From: Octopus bimaculoides | Lineage: Eukaryota | Assembly (NCBI RefSeq): GCF_001194135.2 | Contig: NC_068985.1 | Span: 31,439,547-31,503,546, forward strand | Reading direction: 5' to 3' | DNA length: 64,000 bases | Shown: positions 11,027 through 23,900 of the stretch, piece after piece | Position numbering within the stretch: the first letter of the stretch is position 1 | Layout of the letters: the number at the start of each line of letters is the position of its first letter | The notes under the pieces: generated by a model | What the model was told of the DNA's origin: nothing | Seen by the model: the letters and a program-made list of their open reading frames with translations, nothing else | The model's database searches: none | Made by a program: the position numbers and the translations under genes

Positions 11027-11960
11027 ATGGATGTTGTGTCTCGAAATTATGAATTAAAATCGTTGAACAAGAGTTGTGGAAATGTAAACATAGACGAATC
11101 AGAAGAATCACATTCTATAGCTGTTGAAGTGTTGGCAAATCTTTTAAGCGGAACTTCATATCAAAATGAAAATGTTAAGCAGCAAATAGATTTACCAATG
11201 TATCCCACTCTAAAATTGAACGATGGATATGCAAAGGAAATGTCTTCGTTTGCTAATTTACCATCGGTAAGCAGTTATTTACAACCAACTGTTACTTCGA
11301 ATAATCCCGTGTTCAATACCAAATCTCAGTATCAACATCAGCCGCACATATCTGAAGCCAACAAAACTTGCCCTTTTGTACTTTCCACCAGTATTCCATT
11401 AACTACATCGAAGTCTGACTTAACTTTACCGACCGAGACCGATACTGATATGACAAACGATTCAAATTTGCCCTATCTGAATCAGGATAGTATGATGAAG
11501 ATCCACCCCGATAATGTTGATTCTCTACTGATTGTTAAACGTACCTCCAACAATTCAAAAGTTTATAGAGTGAAAAGAGTGAAAATAGATGAAATTCTAA
11601 ACATTCTGAACGAAAGTAGAACGAGGAAGTCTAGTATTTTGTCGAATGCGTCTTTAGATGATAGCTGCAGCACGAAGTCCGAACTTTTAACGAGAAAGCG
11701 GCTGATGGCCCAATTTTCAGCCAACACAAATCAATCGAGGGAGAATTCTTTGCTGTTTTTTCAGTTTCCAGGTTTTGGAATTAACAGTGACTCAATGGAT
11801 GACAGTCAACATTTAAAGAATACAATTGGATTGTTTTCCCAAAACAGTTTAGAAAACAGGACGAAAAGTTGTTTACCTCTGAAAAAAAGGAAAATAAAGT
11901 CGACTTTTCAGGCAACCAAACCTTTTAAACCACACAATACAAATGTCTCTATTGTTACAG
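11027..11960 (+). CDS. BCL3-like exon 1: low-complexity S/T/N-rich N-terminus (311 aa + 1 nt)
   Basis: Start AAAATGG inside ORF 11003-12025. Donor ACAG|GTAGTG is phase 1 and matches exon 2. Contains CLPLKKRKIK; no DSGxxS. Confidence 0.8.
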
Positions 11961-14900
11961 GTAGTGTACAAAAGTACTTTATTTACTTCATATTATTGGT
12001 CTTCGTGTATCTTAAGAAACGATAATAACATGTATGTCATTTTAATCTCAGAATAGTGACAACAGCTTCCACTTGGGCGAAGTGAACTTTCGAAACTGGT
12101 TATACATATGATCGGAAGAGGGCATTTATTTTGTGTTTCCTTTGTCTTCTGTGTGCCTAATGTCTGGCTCTCTTCTTTACTCACTCCATTGCTCCAGGTG
12201 TCTCGATCTTCCATCCGTAAATCATCTATATCAATCTTTAGCTTCCTGTCTTTTTAGCAGTATCTCCAGAAATAATTTGAGGTATGACCGTCCTTCGTCT
12301 AGTGAACATGTCTCAGCCAGTGCAAATGAGGAAAGCTGCTCGTTCTAATATCTGTGTTTATACGTGCTTCTCTCGTTTCCATGGCCCGATGTAAAAACTT
12401 ATCTTGTCAAAAGTTAAGTGTTTTTAAAACCCAAAAGTGCTTTTTTTTTGGCACTGTCAATGAAAGTAAAGTAGTGGACGGGAGAGAGAGAGAGAGAGAG
12501 ACGTAGGTATTATAAAACATCCAGTGTAATGTTATTGAAGTTGGATCCACCAAATATTGATAAACATTCCTAATTAACATGAGCAAAATATGGCTATCCA
12601 GCTATAAAACGTTACTAGAAAAGAGAACGATTACTAATTGGAGATTTAGAATTGGTTCTAGAAAGCATGTTCCGGTTGAAGTAGATGCTAGAGTAAGCGT
12701 TACACTTAGATGTACTGCAGCAGTATTTTACTCGAAGCAACAGGTGTACGCGCTCTCTAAGATGTCATACACAACCGCCAATCAAACTGGTTTTATCGAG
12801 TTGACATTAGATCCGGTTAAAATTTCTATTAAAAATATTCCTAAAACGTTCACTTTCTGAAAACTTTCGTTCTTTGACCTAGAAAATAATTCTGACGAAG
12901 TCAATACTTTCATTTTCATGATGACCTGGAAACGAAGTGATCAACCATCAGCATTTAGAAGCAGGTTTTTTGCACACCATAGTGTTTCCAGTTGAATTGA
13001 ATTCTTATTTATTCTTCTGGCCAGGAATATTGCTGCTCTATGTTCTCGACTTCTTTAAAATTCAGAAAAAAGAATTTTTCTGTACTTGTGTTTCTCATTT
13101 GACAAGGAATGTTGACGTCTGACCTTAATTTTATCTTATGTCTTGTTTACTAAACAGGTCGCCTGTTTTTGAGGATTAAGTGAAAGAGAAAACAACAAAC
13201 TGTTTAGGAGTAACAACCGAATGTTTGTTTCGAGCTAATTGGATCTAGATTTTCCCAACGCCTTAGCCTCGGCATCGCCTGTGCTAATGCTGAGAGCGTG
13301 CTGGCTTGCTTCAGTAGGTTCTGTTAAACTTTGTAGTGTGCGACCAGTTGCTGTGATTAAAAAAAAATCCTCATAAATGGGTTCAATACAGTTTTAATAG
13401 AAAGATTTGGAAGAATTAGATGAAAGTTCTCCAGTTATTTTCTTTCATGTAAATAATGGATCTATTTTAAAACGGGGGCCACATTTTTCATTNNNNNNNN
13501 NNNNNNNNNNNNNNNNNNNNNNNNNNNNNNNNNNNNNNNNNNNNNNNNNNNNNNNNNNNNNNNNNNNNNNNNNNNNNNNNNNNNNNNNNNNNNNNNNNNN
13601 NNNNNNNNNNNNNNNNNNNNNNNNNNNNNNNNNNNNNNNNNNNNNNNNNNNNNNNNNNNNNNNNNNNNNNNNNNNNNNNNNNNNNNNNNNNNNNNNNNNN
13701 NNNNNNNNNNNNNNNNNNNNNNNNNNNNNNNNNNNNNNNNNNNNNNNNNNNNNNNNNNNNNNNNNNNNNNNNNNNNNNNNNNNNNNNNNNNNNNNNNNNN
13801 NNNNNNNNNNNNNNNNNNNNNNNNNNNNNNNNNNTTTGTTTATGTAGTCGGCACTTAATGTATATCGGCTGAATGGACGTCAGTGATTGGTTGAAATTAC
13901 AGAAATACGACAACTTTAACATGGAATAATTTATGGATTTCTTTTTTTTTAAAGAAGACTAAGAGAAAAAGATGTTTTATATGACACATTCTACCAGTGT
14001 TCCAAGTTTCAAAGTGTTTCGTTAATGAAAAATGTGGCCCCCGTTTTAAAAAAGATCCTAAATAATTGTTTATGTTAATTTAAAAATTTTCCTGTAAAAT
14101 TTTATAAAATGACAATGTTCTAAAAAATGTACATGTTTATATGCTATATATGAAAATAAAATAGTAGAATTTTCACTGCATATTCTCAAGTTAGGTTATA
14201 TGAATATATCGTGATTAACTTAAGAATTTGAAAAAAAAAGTTTGACTTTGAAGACCCAACAAATCTACAGTAGCATGAGGAAAAGAATCTTTGAAGAGAC
14301 AGAGAGAGTGAGAGAAACAAAGTAAATCTTTTTCAAGTAAACAATTTTTGTAATATAACAAAGATCTTTGCTGTGACTTAATTTTGGAAATGAAAAAAAT
14401 ACTCAGGAAATATAGTCCTCATTCTTTAATATAGGTGATAAAGAAAAGTTTATCCTGATTTACAAATCTGAACAAAGTCAACTATTAACTGACAATGATG
14501 AAAAACTGAGAAAAGAGATCGAAATTGCTCTAAAACAGGATGAAGATGGTGACTTGTAAGTAAATTTTACTGATTTCATCTTTTTCAACTTTTAGTTGAT
14601 TATATCAACCTCAGTACTTTATCTTGTACTTATTGTATTAATCTCTATCAACTGGCTAAACTCACTTTGGTATAAAAGGACTTGGTCAGGCATCTGTTAC
14701 TGATACACATTGAAGAACTTACTTTCAAAACCAGATATATGCATCGGAATGACTTTTGAGTAAGTGTTTAAGACAACTTGAATAATCTGATTTTGATTGG
14801 AAGACTAAGATTTGCCTACTATCTATATGGCATCTATACCAGGTGACTGAAAAAAATTTCACGTGCACGAAGCTTGCAGATTGTGTTTTAAAGGTTATGA

Positions 14901-17900
14901 AATCGACCAAATATTTGAAAGTAAGCTCCTCATATACACATGGATACACACACATACATAACTAAAAAAATGATGCTGAAGATCTTTGTCTGGAACCATG
15001 GTACAGAAATAACAGCAGGAACTAAAATATATACATGTACAGTTAAGTGAAAACTACCATATTTGATGTGGTGAACCAGCAGTAATTTTTAATCAAAGGA
15101 AATCAAGTGAAATTATAACTTTAATGATAAAATTCATTCATAGGCGTGGCTGTGTGGTAAGTAGCTTGCTTACCAACCACATGGTTCCGGGTTCAGTCCC
15201 ACTGCGTAGCACCTTGGGCAAGTGTCTTCTACTATAGCCTCGGGCCGACCAAAGCCTTGTGAGTGGATTTGGTAGACGGAAACTGAAAGAAGCCCGTCGT
15301 ATATATGTATATATATATATGTATGTTTGTGTGTCTGTGTTTGTCCCCCCCCCCTCACCAACATCGCTTGACAACCGATGCTGGTGTGTTTATGTCCCCG
15401 TAACTTAGCCGGTTCGGCAAAGGAGATCGATAGAATAAGTACTGGGCTTACAAAGAATAAGTCCTGGGGTCGATTTGCTCGACTAAAGGCGGTGCTCCAG
15501 CATGGCCACAGTCAAATGACTGAAACAAGTAAAAGAGTAAGAGTATCAGTAATGGAAATTTGAAAGGATGCATGGGAGAGAACTCTGGAAAGGAGGGCAG
15601 GCTAGTGACTCTGATTTTTGGAAGCTATGAGATGATATATTAGACCAGTGTCAAACTTTTCGCACCAAATTGCAATATCGCCCACCTATCGGCCAAAAAA
15701 TGCTCCATCACCCACCTGTGTAAAAAAACCTCTAACACCTTCCTAACACTAAATCTCCTAGGAGAACCTCCCTCTGTATCATTTGACACACACACTATAC
15801 TGTAGACTCGTTGCCCAGTTAGTGCTGTTTGGACTAAATATGCAGTTGTTTACAAATCCCTTATTATGGGTTTAGTTTTGCCATTAGTGTGAATAAAATT
15901 CTAATATTAACTCTATATTATGCTGACGGATTAACTTTGGTAAACTTGCGCTTTCTTTTACACTGATTTTTATTTTCCACAAATGAAACATTGATCAGTA
16001 CTACCGATGCAAAAATAATTAATGATTGTATTATAAAGGAAAATAATACAGCTTTTTAATGAGAATCATGTGTCTGATGGAATGCAGCTAGTGCAGATAC
16101 ATTCAGTTTCAAACTTGTCAACTTTAGCTGCAAGTCTCTTTGTTGTGTCTATCCAGCCCAATTCTTTTATGGGAAAGTAAAGTTCCAACATGGCTAAAGC
16201 CAGATTCAACCAGGTATGCAATAGGGAAGGCAAGCAAAAATAATTTCAGATGTTTCCACAGATTGGGGTAGGAATTCAATATACTTTGATGGTACCACAA
16301 ACCTTTGCCATTACGGTGATATCGCATTGTGGCATTGTTGTCATTTTGTAATTCTATCAATTCTTCCTGAACGTCGTCCTTGCCAGTGGCACGTAAAAGC
16401 ACCCACTACACTCTTGGAGTGGTTGGCGTTAGGAAGGGCATCTAGCTGTAGAAACACTGTCAGATCAGATTGGAGCCTAGTGCAGCCATCTGGTCCGCCA
16501 GTCCTCAATCAAATCGTCCAAACCATGCTAGCATGGAAGGCGGACATTAAATGATGATGATGATATTAGTCATGTGAAATTTATTGTTATTTATTATCAT
16601 GCACCTAAAATGCAATAACACATTTATAATGATCTCAAATTAGAAAATTTTTTGAACTGTAGTTGTGTAACTACCTCTATACATACAAAGCAGTGTATGT
16701 AGTGAGAAAATAGAGATGGAAGTCTATACTGCTATGACAACAAGGTTGTAAAATTAAAAATCAATGTCACTGATAACTTGTACCTATTTTATAAATTTTT
16801 TGTGCTATTTAGATACACAATATTGTTTAATTAACAGAATCTATTTAGAACAAACTAATCTGTATCCATTATCAGTTTGCATATCTCAAGTTAAATCACA
16901 GTAGTTTCATTTTTATTCAATAATTTGCTAGCACATTTCCCCATTATACATGCTTAGTTTTGGACTATGAAATCCTGGAAAAAATATCTTTTGTGTATAA
17001 TACATTAGTTACTGTTACACTTAACCATTGCAATATTCTAGATATACTAATAATTATTTTAATTCTTTATTTATTTTATATTTAATCAGAATTTTCTGAA
17101 ATGGAGTGTTTATTCAGATTTATTATAATTGCTTTCTAAAGCACATTGAAAAGTTTGCACACTGTAAGGAAAACAAAAAACAAATTCAAAAATGACCTTG
17201 GTTAAAAGTGACCTTTTAATTTAACTGGCAAATGTGGGATTACTACTGTCAACTTTCAGTAAGAGCAGAAGGATCTAAAAGACAATGCAGAATATAAACA
17301 CTTTGATTATCAAATTTTTGATTAAATTCATAAGAATGTATTAGATTGAAATAGATATCTATCAATTGACTATACATACAGTCATGTCTCCCTCTCACGT
17401 ACACATAATTCCATCGTCTATCAAACTCCCCTACAACCCATCTTCCTTACACCCCAACCACCCACTGCAGGCCTCTCCTCTCTCCCTCATCTACCTATCT
17501 GGACTCTCTCCACGCCCTCACATATCTACTGATTATGTATGAAACTAAAGGTCTATTTTTTTGTAATGAGTGAAATTATTTCTAAATGAAATATTTTAGT
17601 TATTTTAATTTTTTGATTTAAATAATATACTGAGCAAATAAAATATCCCCCACTTCCAAAGTTTGAAGCTGATAAAAATGGTAGCTAATACATTCAGTTC
17701 AGTGTAAATGAAGTATTGACTGGAACACTATAAATTTCTGGAGAATATAAGTGTGAAAATTACTTGATTATAAAAAAGACTAGAGATTTTATCTGAATTT
17801 TGTTTTAAAACTGAAGAATGAATTGAAGTGAAAATGGGTAGTGACAGTAAGATGTTAATGGCATGAAAATAAAATAAAATAGAGTTAAAAATAAATATTA

Positions 17901-20900
17901 GATTTTGAAATGCTTCCTTCTCTGTAGGCCTCTACATATAGCTGTTGCACACAAGAATCTAGCATTAATTGGATCTTTCTGCAAGCTGATTCAACAAGCG
18001 GGGAAAACTGTTGATCGCTTTAATAAAAAAAAGCTTGTAAGTATTTTTTCTTAAGTTTTTCTTTTTACCATAGTAACCACTTGTGTTTATAATTCAATAT
18101 AGAATACAAAATACAGATGACCATAGACTTGAGTCTTATCTTGTTGAATGATTGGCCTATATTGATATATTTGCAAAAAATTGTAGAGACTTTATATTAT
18201 TTTAGGGTTGTTTACAGATTTTCAATGTCTGTTCAGGATTAAATAATATTGAAGATCTGTTGATATATCATAAAGAGCATGTTAATTGCTGTATAGTAGG
18301 AAGATAATGAAAGGAGACCTGTAAAAGTTAAGGAATGGCTTGTTGGATAATGGCTCAATGTGAAAGTTAGTCAGAAGAAGAGTGATAGTTGTGAAATAAA
18401 ACATGAATGAGACTAATCTTAAAACTATGAGAAACAAAAGCAATGTCAGAAATGAAAAGAAAGTTTGCAAGACTGTCTAATTCTGATTAGTTCCTCATCT
18501 TGAATGAAATACATTTAAAATAATAAACTGTTTGATAAACTTTCAATAGTGAAACAAAGAACAAAATAGTATAAATGATGATGAATATTCATTGTAAAAT
18601 GATATATCATCCCTCTATAAACATTTTCTCTAATATGTTTNNNNNNNNNNTCCAACCCATGCTAGCATGGAAAGCGGACGTTAAACGATGATGATGATGA
18701 TGTTTCTAACAAAAATACATTTGTATAAAGGAATTTGTTTTTATTTTAATCCCAGTTAACAACTTAGTAGTAATCGTTGCCAGAGGATGTTTTGGTTTTA
18801 GCTTCTGGTTAATATCCATTGCTCTCATGATGCTCTACATATGGCTATGCTCTTGCAGAAGATTTCTCATTTTGTGTAGCTGCAAGCAACAGTGTTATCT
18901 ATCATAGTGATTTGGCATGGTTAACTGGACATTAAACCTGTTTTGGTGATGGCATTTTTGTCAACAGTACTTTTTGGCACTGCATACACAGAAATATACA
19001 TATACAGATAGAGAGAGGGACACAAATGACAGGTTTGTTATCAACTAGAATAAAAGCAAAATTTTCACAGAGCCAAAAGATTTCGAGGACAAAACATCTG
19101 ATGTCAAATAAATTAGTGTTGAATCAGTGATGCCAAATAGGTCTCACACCTCATCTACCATGAGCTGATAATGAGAGATGGCATTCCAGCAATTCAACCA
19201 TAACCAACTAATTGTCACTCTGCTGGTTATGATGAGGGTTCCAGCTGATCCGATGAATGGAACAGCCTGCTTGTAAAATTAGTATGCATCTGTGGCTGAG
19301 CACTCCACAGATATGTGTATACTTAATGTAGTTCTCAGGGAAATTTGGTGTGACAGGGCTAGCCCTTTGAAATACAGGTACTAAAGTGTCTTGCTCAAGG
19401 ATACAACGCATTGCTGGGAATTGAACTCACAGCTGTATGATCACAAGCTGAATACCCTAACCACTAAGCCATGCACCTTCACATAATCAACTACATACAT
19501 TAAAAATATACATATTCCCTAACAGATATCTTTGTTTTTTTCCTTGTGGATAATTCATATAATTTTTTATTTATTAATATTTTTCACTTAAATACTTCAT
19601 TAACAGACACCGCTGATGGGCACATCCCCTGCAGCAGATAGGGATATCCCATCATGAGATGTGTATTCTTTAAAATAATTTGTTTTCATTAATTTTTGGC
19701 AGACTCCTTTGCATTTGTGTGTGAAAATGAATTATAGTAAGGGTGTGAGGAAGTTAATAAAGATGGGTGCTGACATGAACTTGTCTGATGGCAATGGAAA
19801 TTCTGCTGTTCATTTAGCAGTTTCCTATTCACACTTTGAATGCTTTGATGTCATCCTAAAGACATGTTCTTCTATGGAAAATTGTAAACCAAATTTAGAT
19901 TCCCATAATTATGAAGGTAAGTGTTTCTGGATTAAATGCAATTTCATTTTCTGTTCTGTATGTTATATTTTATGAAAGATGTAAATTGTTTCATTGAGTT
20001 AGGTACTTTTATAAATCAGCTGCAATTTTATTATAAAAGAAATTAGTGCTTATGTTTTTATCTTCATAAAATTAAAAAAAAAAACACTCTAAATTCTGAT
20101 CTAAAAATTAAAACTGATATTATAAAGTAAAACTTTATAAAGTAAAAACTTTATAAAGTAAAACTTTGAAGGATAACAAATTTTAATGAAAGATAGGGCA
20201 CTAATTATTTTAAAGAACTAAAAAGCATTTAGCTATAAACCAATTGATTGAAAAAGTTGAATTCATTGCAGTGTTAAAAGAAAACAAATGTTTGTCATTT
20301 CTATATTAAAATTAAAATATGAGTTTATGTTTGTGCCTTTAACCAAATTTGATAGATACCAAAATTCATTTCACAAGCAATAAAATCTCATGTTTTTGTT
20401 TTGTTTCATTATTGTTGTTCAAAACTTTCTGGTGTCATTAAATTAAGCTCTGTTCTTAGGAGTATATTTCAAGGTTCATAATTATACATGTTTTTAAATG
20501 ATATATTAACTTAAATGGTTCTGATTGAAGGTTTGAGGCCAATGATTTTAAAGCTGATTTTTCTTCCTATTTGTAACCATGTGCAAGTAGTATGTAAGTT
20601 GAATGTAACTGATATAAATAAAGAAATACTATTAAACACTGCAAAGTGGACAGTGGATTGTCAGAATCATTAGAGCGCTGGACAAAATACTTAATGGTTC
20701 TGGCCCTTTATGTTCTGAGTTCAAATCCCACTGAGATCAGTTTTGCCTTTTACCCCTCCAGGGTTGATAAAACATAGTATCAGTCAAGAACTGCAATCAA
20801 CTTAAATGACCACCAAATTTCTATCCTTGTGCCTAGGTCATTGGTTAATTAGATGATGATTAACCACAGGCTGATATTAAGAGAAAATAAAGAAGAGCAC

Positions 20901-23900
20901 TGATATAATTACGACTCAAGAAATTTTGGTAATCCAAGTTTGAGGAGATTTATACTTAACCATTGCAATATTCTAGATATACTAATAATTATTTTAATTC
21001 TTTATTTATTTTATATTTATTCAGAATTTAGTTTGTTGTAGTTAAAAAAAAAATCTAGAATATTGAAAAGCTCACACAATAGTGTTTTAGCGGAATTAAT
21101 GTTTGGAAAAAATTTAGATCTATTCAAAAGTTTGTTGTGAGAAAATAAAGATTTTGTAAATCTTTTTTTGCCCTGGATATCACTCAGTTTCCTGTAGGAT
21201 TTATCTTCAGACAAATTGCTTTGTGTAATTCTTAAAAGAACAAAGTGTTTATTGAAAGTAATTGCACTGTACTTGACAGATGGCTTGATTTCTNNNNNNN
21301 NNNNNNNNNNNNNNNNNNNNNNNNNNNNNNNNNNNNNNNNNNNNNNNNNNNNNNNNNNNNNNNNNNNNNNNNNNNNNNNNNNNNNNNNNNNNNNNNNNNN
21401 NNNNNNNNNNNNNNNNNNNNNNNNNNNNNNNNNNNNNNNNNNNNNNNNNNNNNNNNNNNNNNNNNNNNNNNNNNNNNNNNNNNNNNNNNNNNNNNNNNNN
21501 NNNNNNNNNNNNNNNNNNNNNNNNNNNNNNNNNNNNNNNNNNNNNNNNNNNNNNNNNNNNNNNNNNNNNNNNNNNNNNNNNNNNNNNNNNNNNNNNNNNN
21601 NNNNNNNNNNNNNNNNNNNNNNNNNNNNNNNNNNNNNNNNNNNNNNNNNNNNNNNNNNNNNNNNNNNNNNNNNNNNNNNNNNNNNNNNNNNNNNNNNNNN
21701 NNNNNNNNNNNNNNNNNNNNNNNNNNNNNNNNNNNNNNNNNNNNNNNNNNNNNNNNNNNNNNNNNNNNNNNNNNNNNNNNNNNNNNNNNNNNNNNNNNNN
21801 NNNNNNNNNNNACCTTAAATGCAATATGAAGAGCAATCTTCAGCTGCACGAAAAAATGTAGAAAAAAGACATATTACAAATGTGGCAACATATTAAAACC
21901 AAGTGGGAGAGAGCAGAGGAAGAATATATAAGTCCATCTTGACATAGCAGGGTCTATAGGTATATATATATATGTAGTTCAATACAGTTTGATTTGGATT
22001 CCGTGCTACTTCAAGCTTCGAAGCCTCTAACAGAGTATACATACATACACACATCCATACACTCACATATTGCACATGTACACGTGCACACAAGCTCATA
22101 TACCCACATGCCCCATTGACCCTACACCTGAATGCACTGTTGCCACCAGTTTTCTGTCCAACCACATGGCCACGAAACTCCTTTTCCTCATGTAGCTGCT
22201 GTCAATTTCTTAGCAATACTGTGACATCATGTAACCTTCCTTGACCAATTGCAGCCCATCTACTGGTAGCCATCTTGAACTTCCTGTACCTCCCCATTCA
22301 TTCGGATTTCCACCGGTTGCAGGAGCGGCTCTGTTAGGGGCTTTGAAACTTGAAGTAGTACAGACTCCAAATTAAACTGTTTTGAACAATACATGTAACT
22401 CCAAATAAATGTGTTGAGTGCCTTTGTTTGTCCACTCATAGAAAAACATATATATATCTGTATATGTGTGTCTGTTTGTCTTTCTTGCCCACCATTTAAC
22501 AACCAGTGTTGATGTGTTTGTGTCCCCATAACTTAGCGGTTCAGCAAAAAGGAAAAAAAAAAAAGAACAGGGGTTGATTCATTTGGCTAAAAAAATTCAA
22601 GTTGGTGCCCCAGCATGATCTCTGTCTAATGACTGAAACAAGTAAAAGATAAAATATAGCATCCAAAGTTATAAAACCTTATACTTTACTACTGAGCCAT
22701 TACCTAAATACTTTTGGGGTTTAAATCTAAAGCAATCTATATAAAATATATTCATTTAGTGTTATTGCAGTAGTATGGGAACCTGAATATATAGAATCAT
22801 CTTTATCTCTCTCTTTCCCTCCCTCTCTCTTCATCAATTCCATTATTCTGTCTCTTTCTCTTCCCACCTTTCTCTCCATTCACCATTTTCAACATCAATG
22901 CAACTGCTGATACCTTTGTCACCACCTTTGCCATAACTATCTCCTGTTTACTTCTTACTCTATTTGAGTCATTTCCCTTCCTTATACAAAAGGTAAGTAA
23001 TATACTATTGTAGTAATATATATAAATATATTTAAGAGAATTTACATTTAATCAAAATACTAAACAAGGTTTCCAGCTAATAATGTAATGTTAGTTATGC
23101 ATTATAAAGTTATCAGATGACACAGAAATGTTTTTTTTTTTAACTTTAAAAATTTTATTTTTGGCAATACACACTGTGTTTATTATCTATTTTTAACAAT
23201 TTTTATTTTATATATCAACCTCACTAATTTAAAAAAATTATATACAGGTTTAACACCCCTGCATACATCTGTCCAAAAGCAGAACATTGAAATGGCCAGG
23301 AAACTTTTAAAAGCTGGGGCTGATCCAGATAGTAAGGTAATCTAAAATGCTTTTCCTTTTCTTTTGTGAATTTTTTGAATTTCCATAACTTTATGCCATT
23401 ATCTATTATAAATTTTAATCTTAATTATTAATTTGAAATGGTTTCTTACTTATTCCTTTCTTGTTTTGATTTTCAAGTATTTTATAATTAGAATCTTATT
23501 CTGACAATAACTTCTGTCTGCGAAGCAGAAATACTGTTTTCAGCTCCGTTGATTGTTTTTAGTAATGTTTAACTAAAGTTACATGCATTATTTGGCAAAT
23601 TTTTAACTTATAATCAACAAGTAGGTTTATTCTGCTTCTATTCAAACTTGACATTGTAAAATAAGCTTTAATTTGTATAGCATTTAGGTTGTACTTGTTA
23701 AAATATTTTTCAAGGATATCAAACCTCTATTTAACATTTTAGTTAAAGCTTGTGGCCTAGTGGTTTTGATTTTGGTCATTAAATTATGGATTTGATCATA
23801 TGCTGAAATATATACTGGGTTGATATGATTGACTACATCCCTTCAACATGTCACCCCAACATCGCTGCAACCCAATGACTTCATTAACTTATTTGAAAGG

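Noticed and set aside
13407-13922. Long ORFs spanning N runs (also 21.2-21.8, 41.8-42.8, 43.7-44.4, 47.1-47.9 and 52.2-52.8 kb)
   Set aside because: Open only because unknown bases contain no stops; the exception is the helicase motif flanking the 52.4 kb gap.
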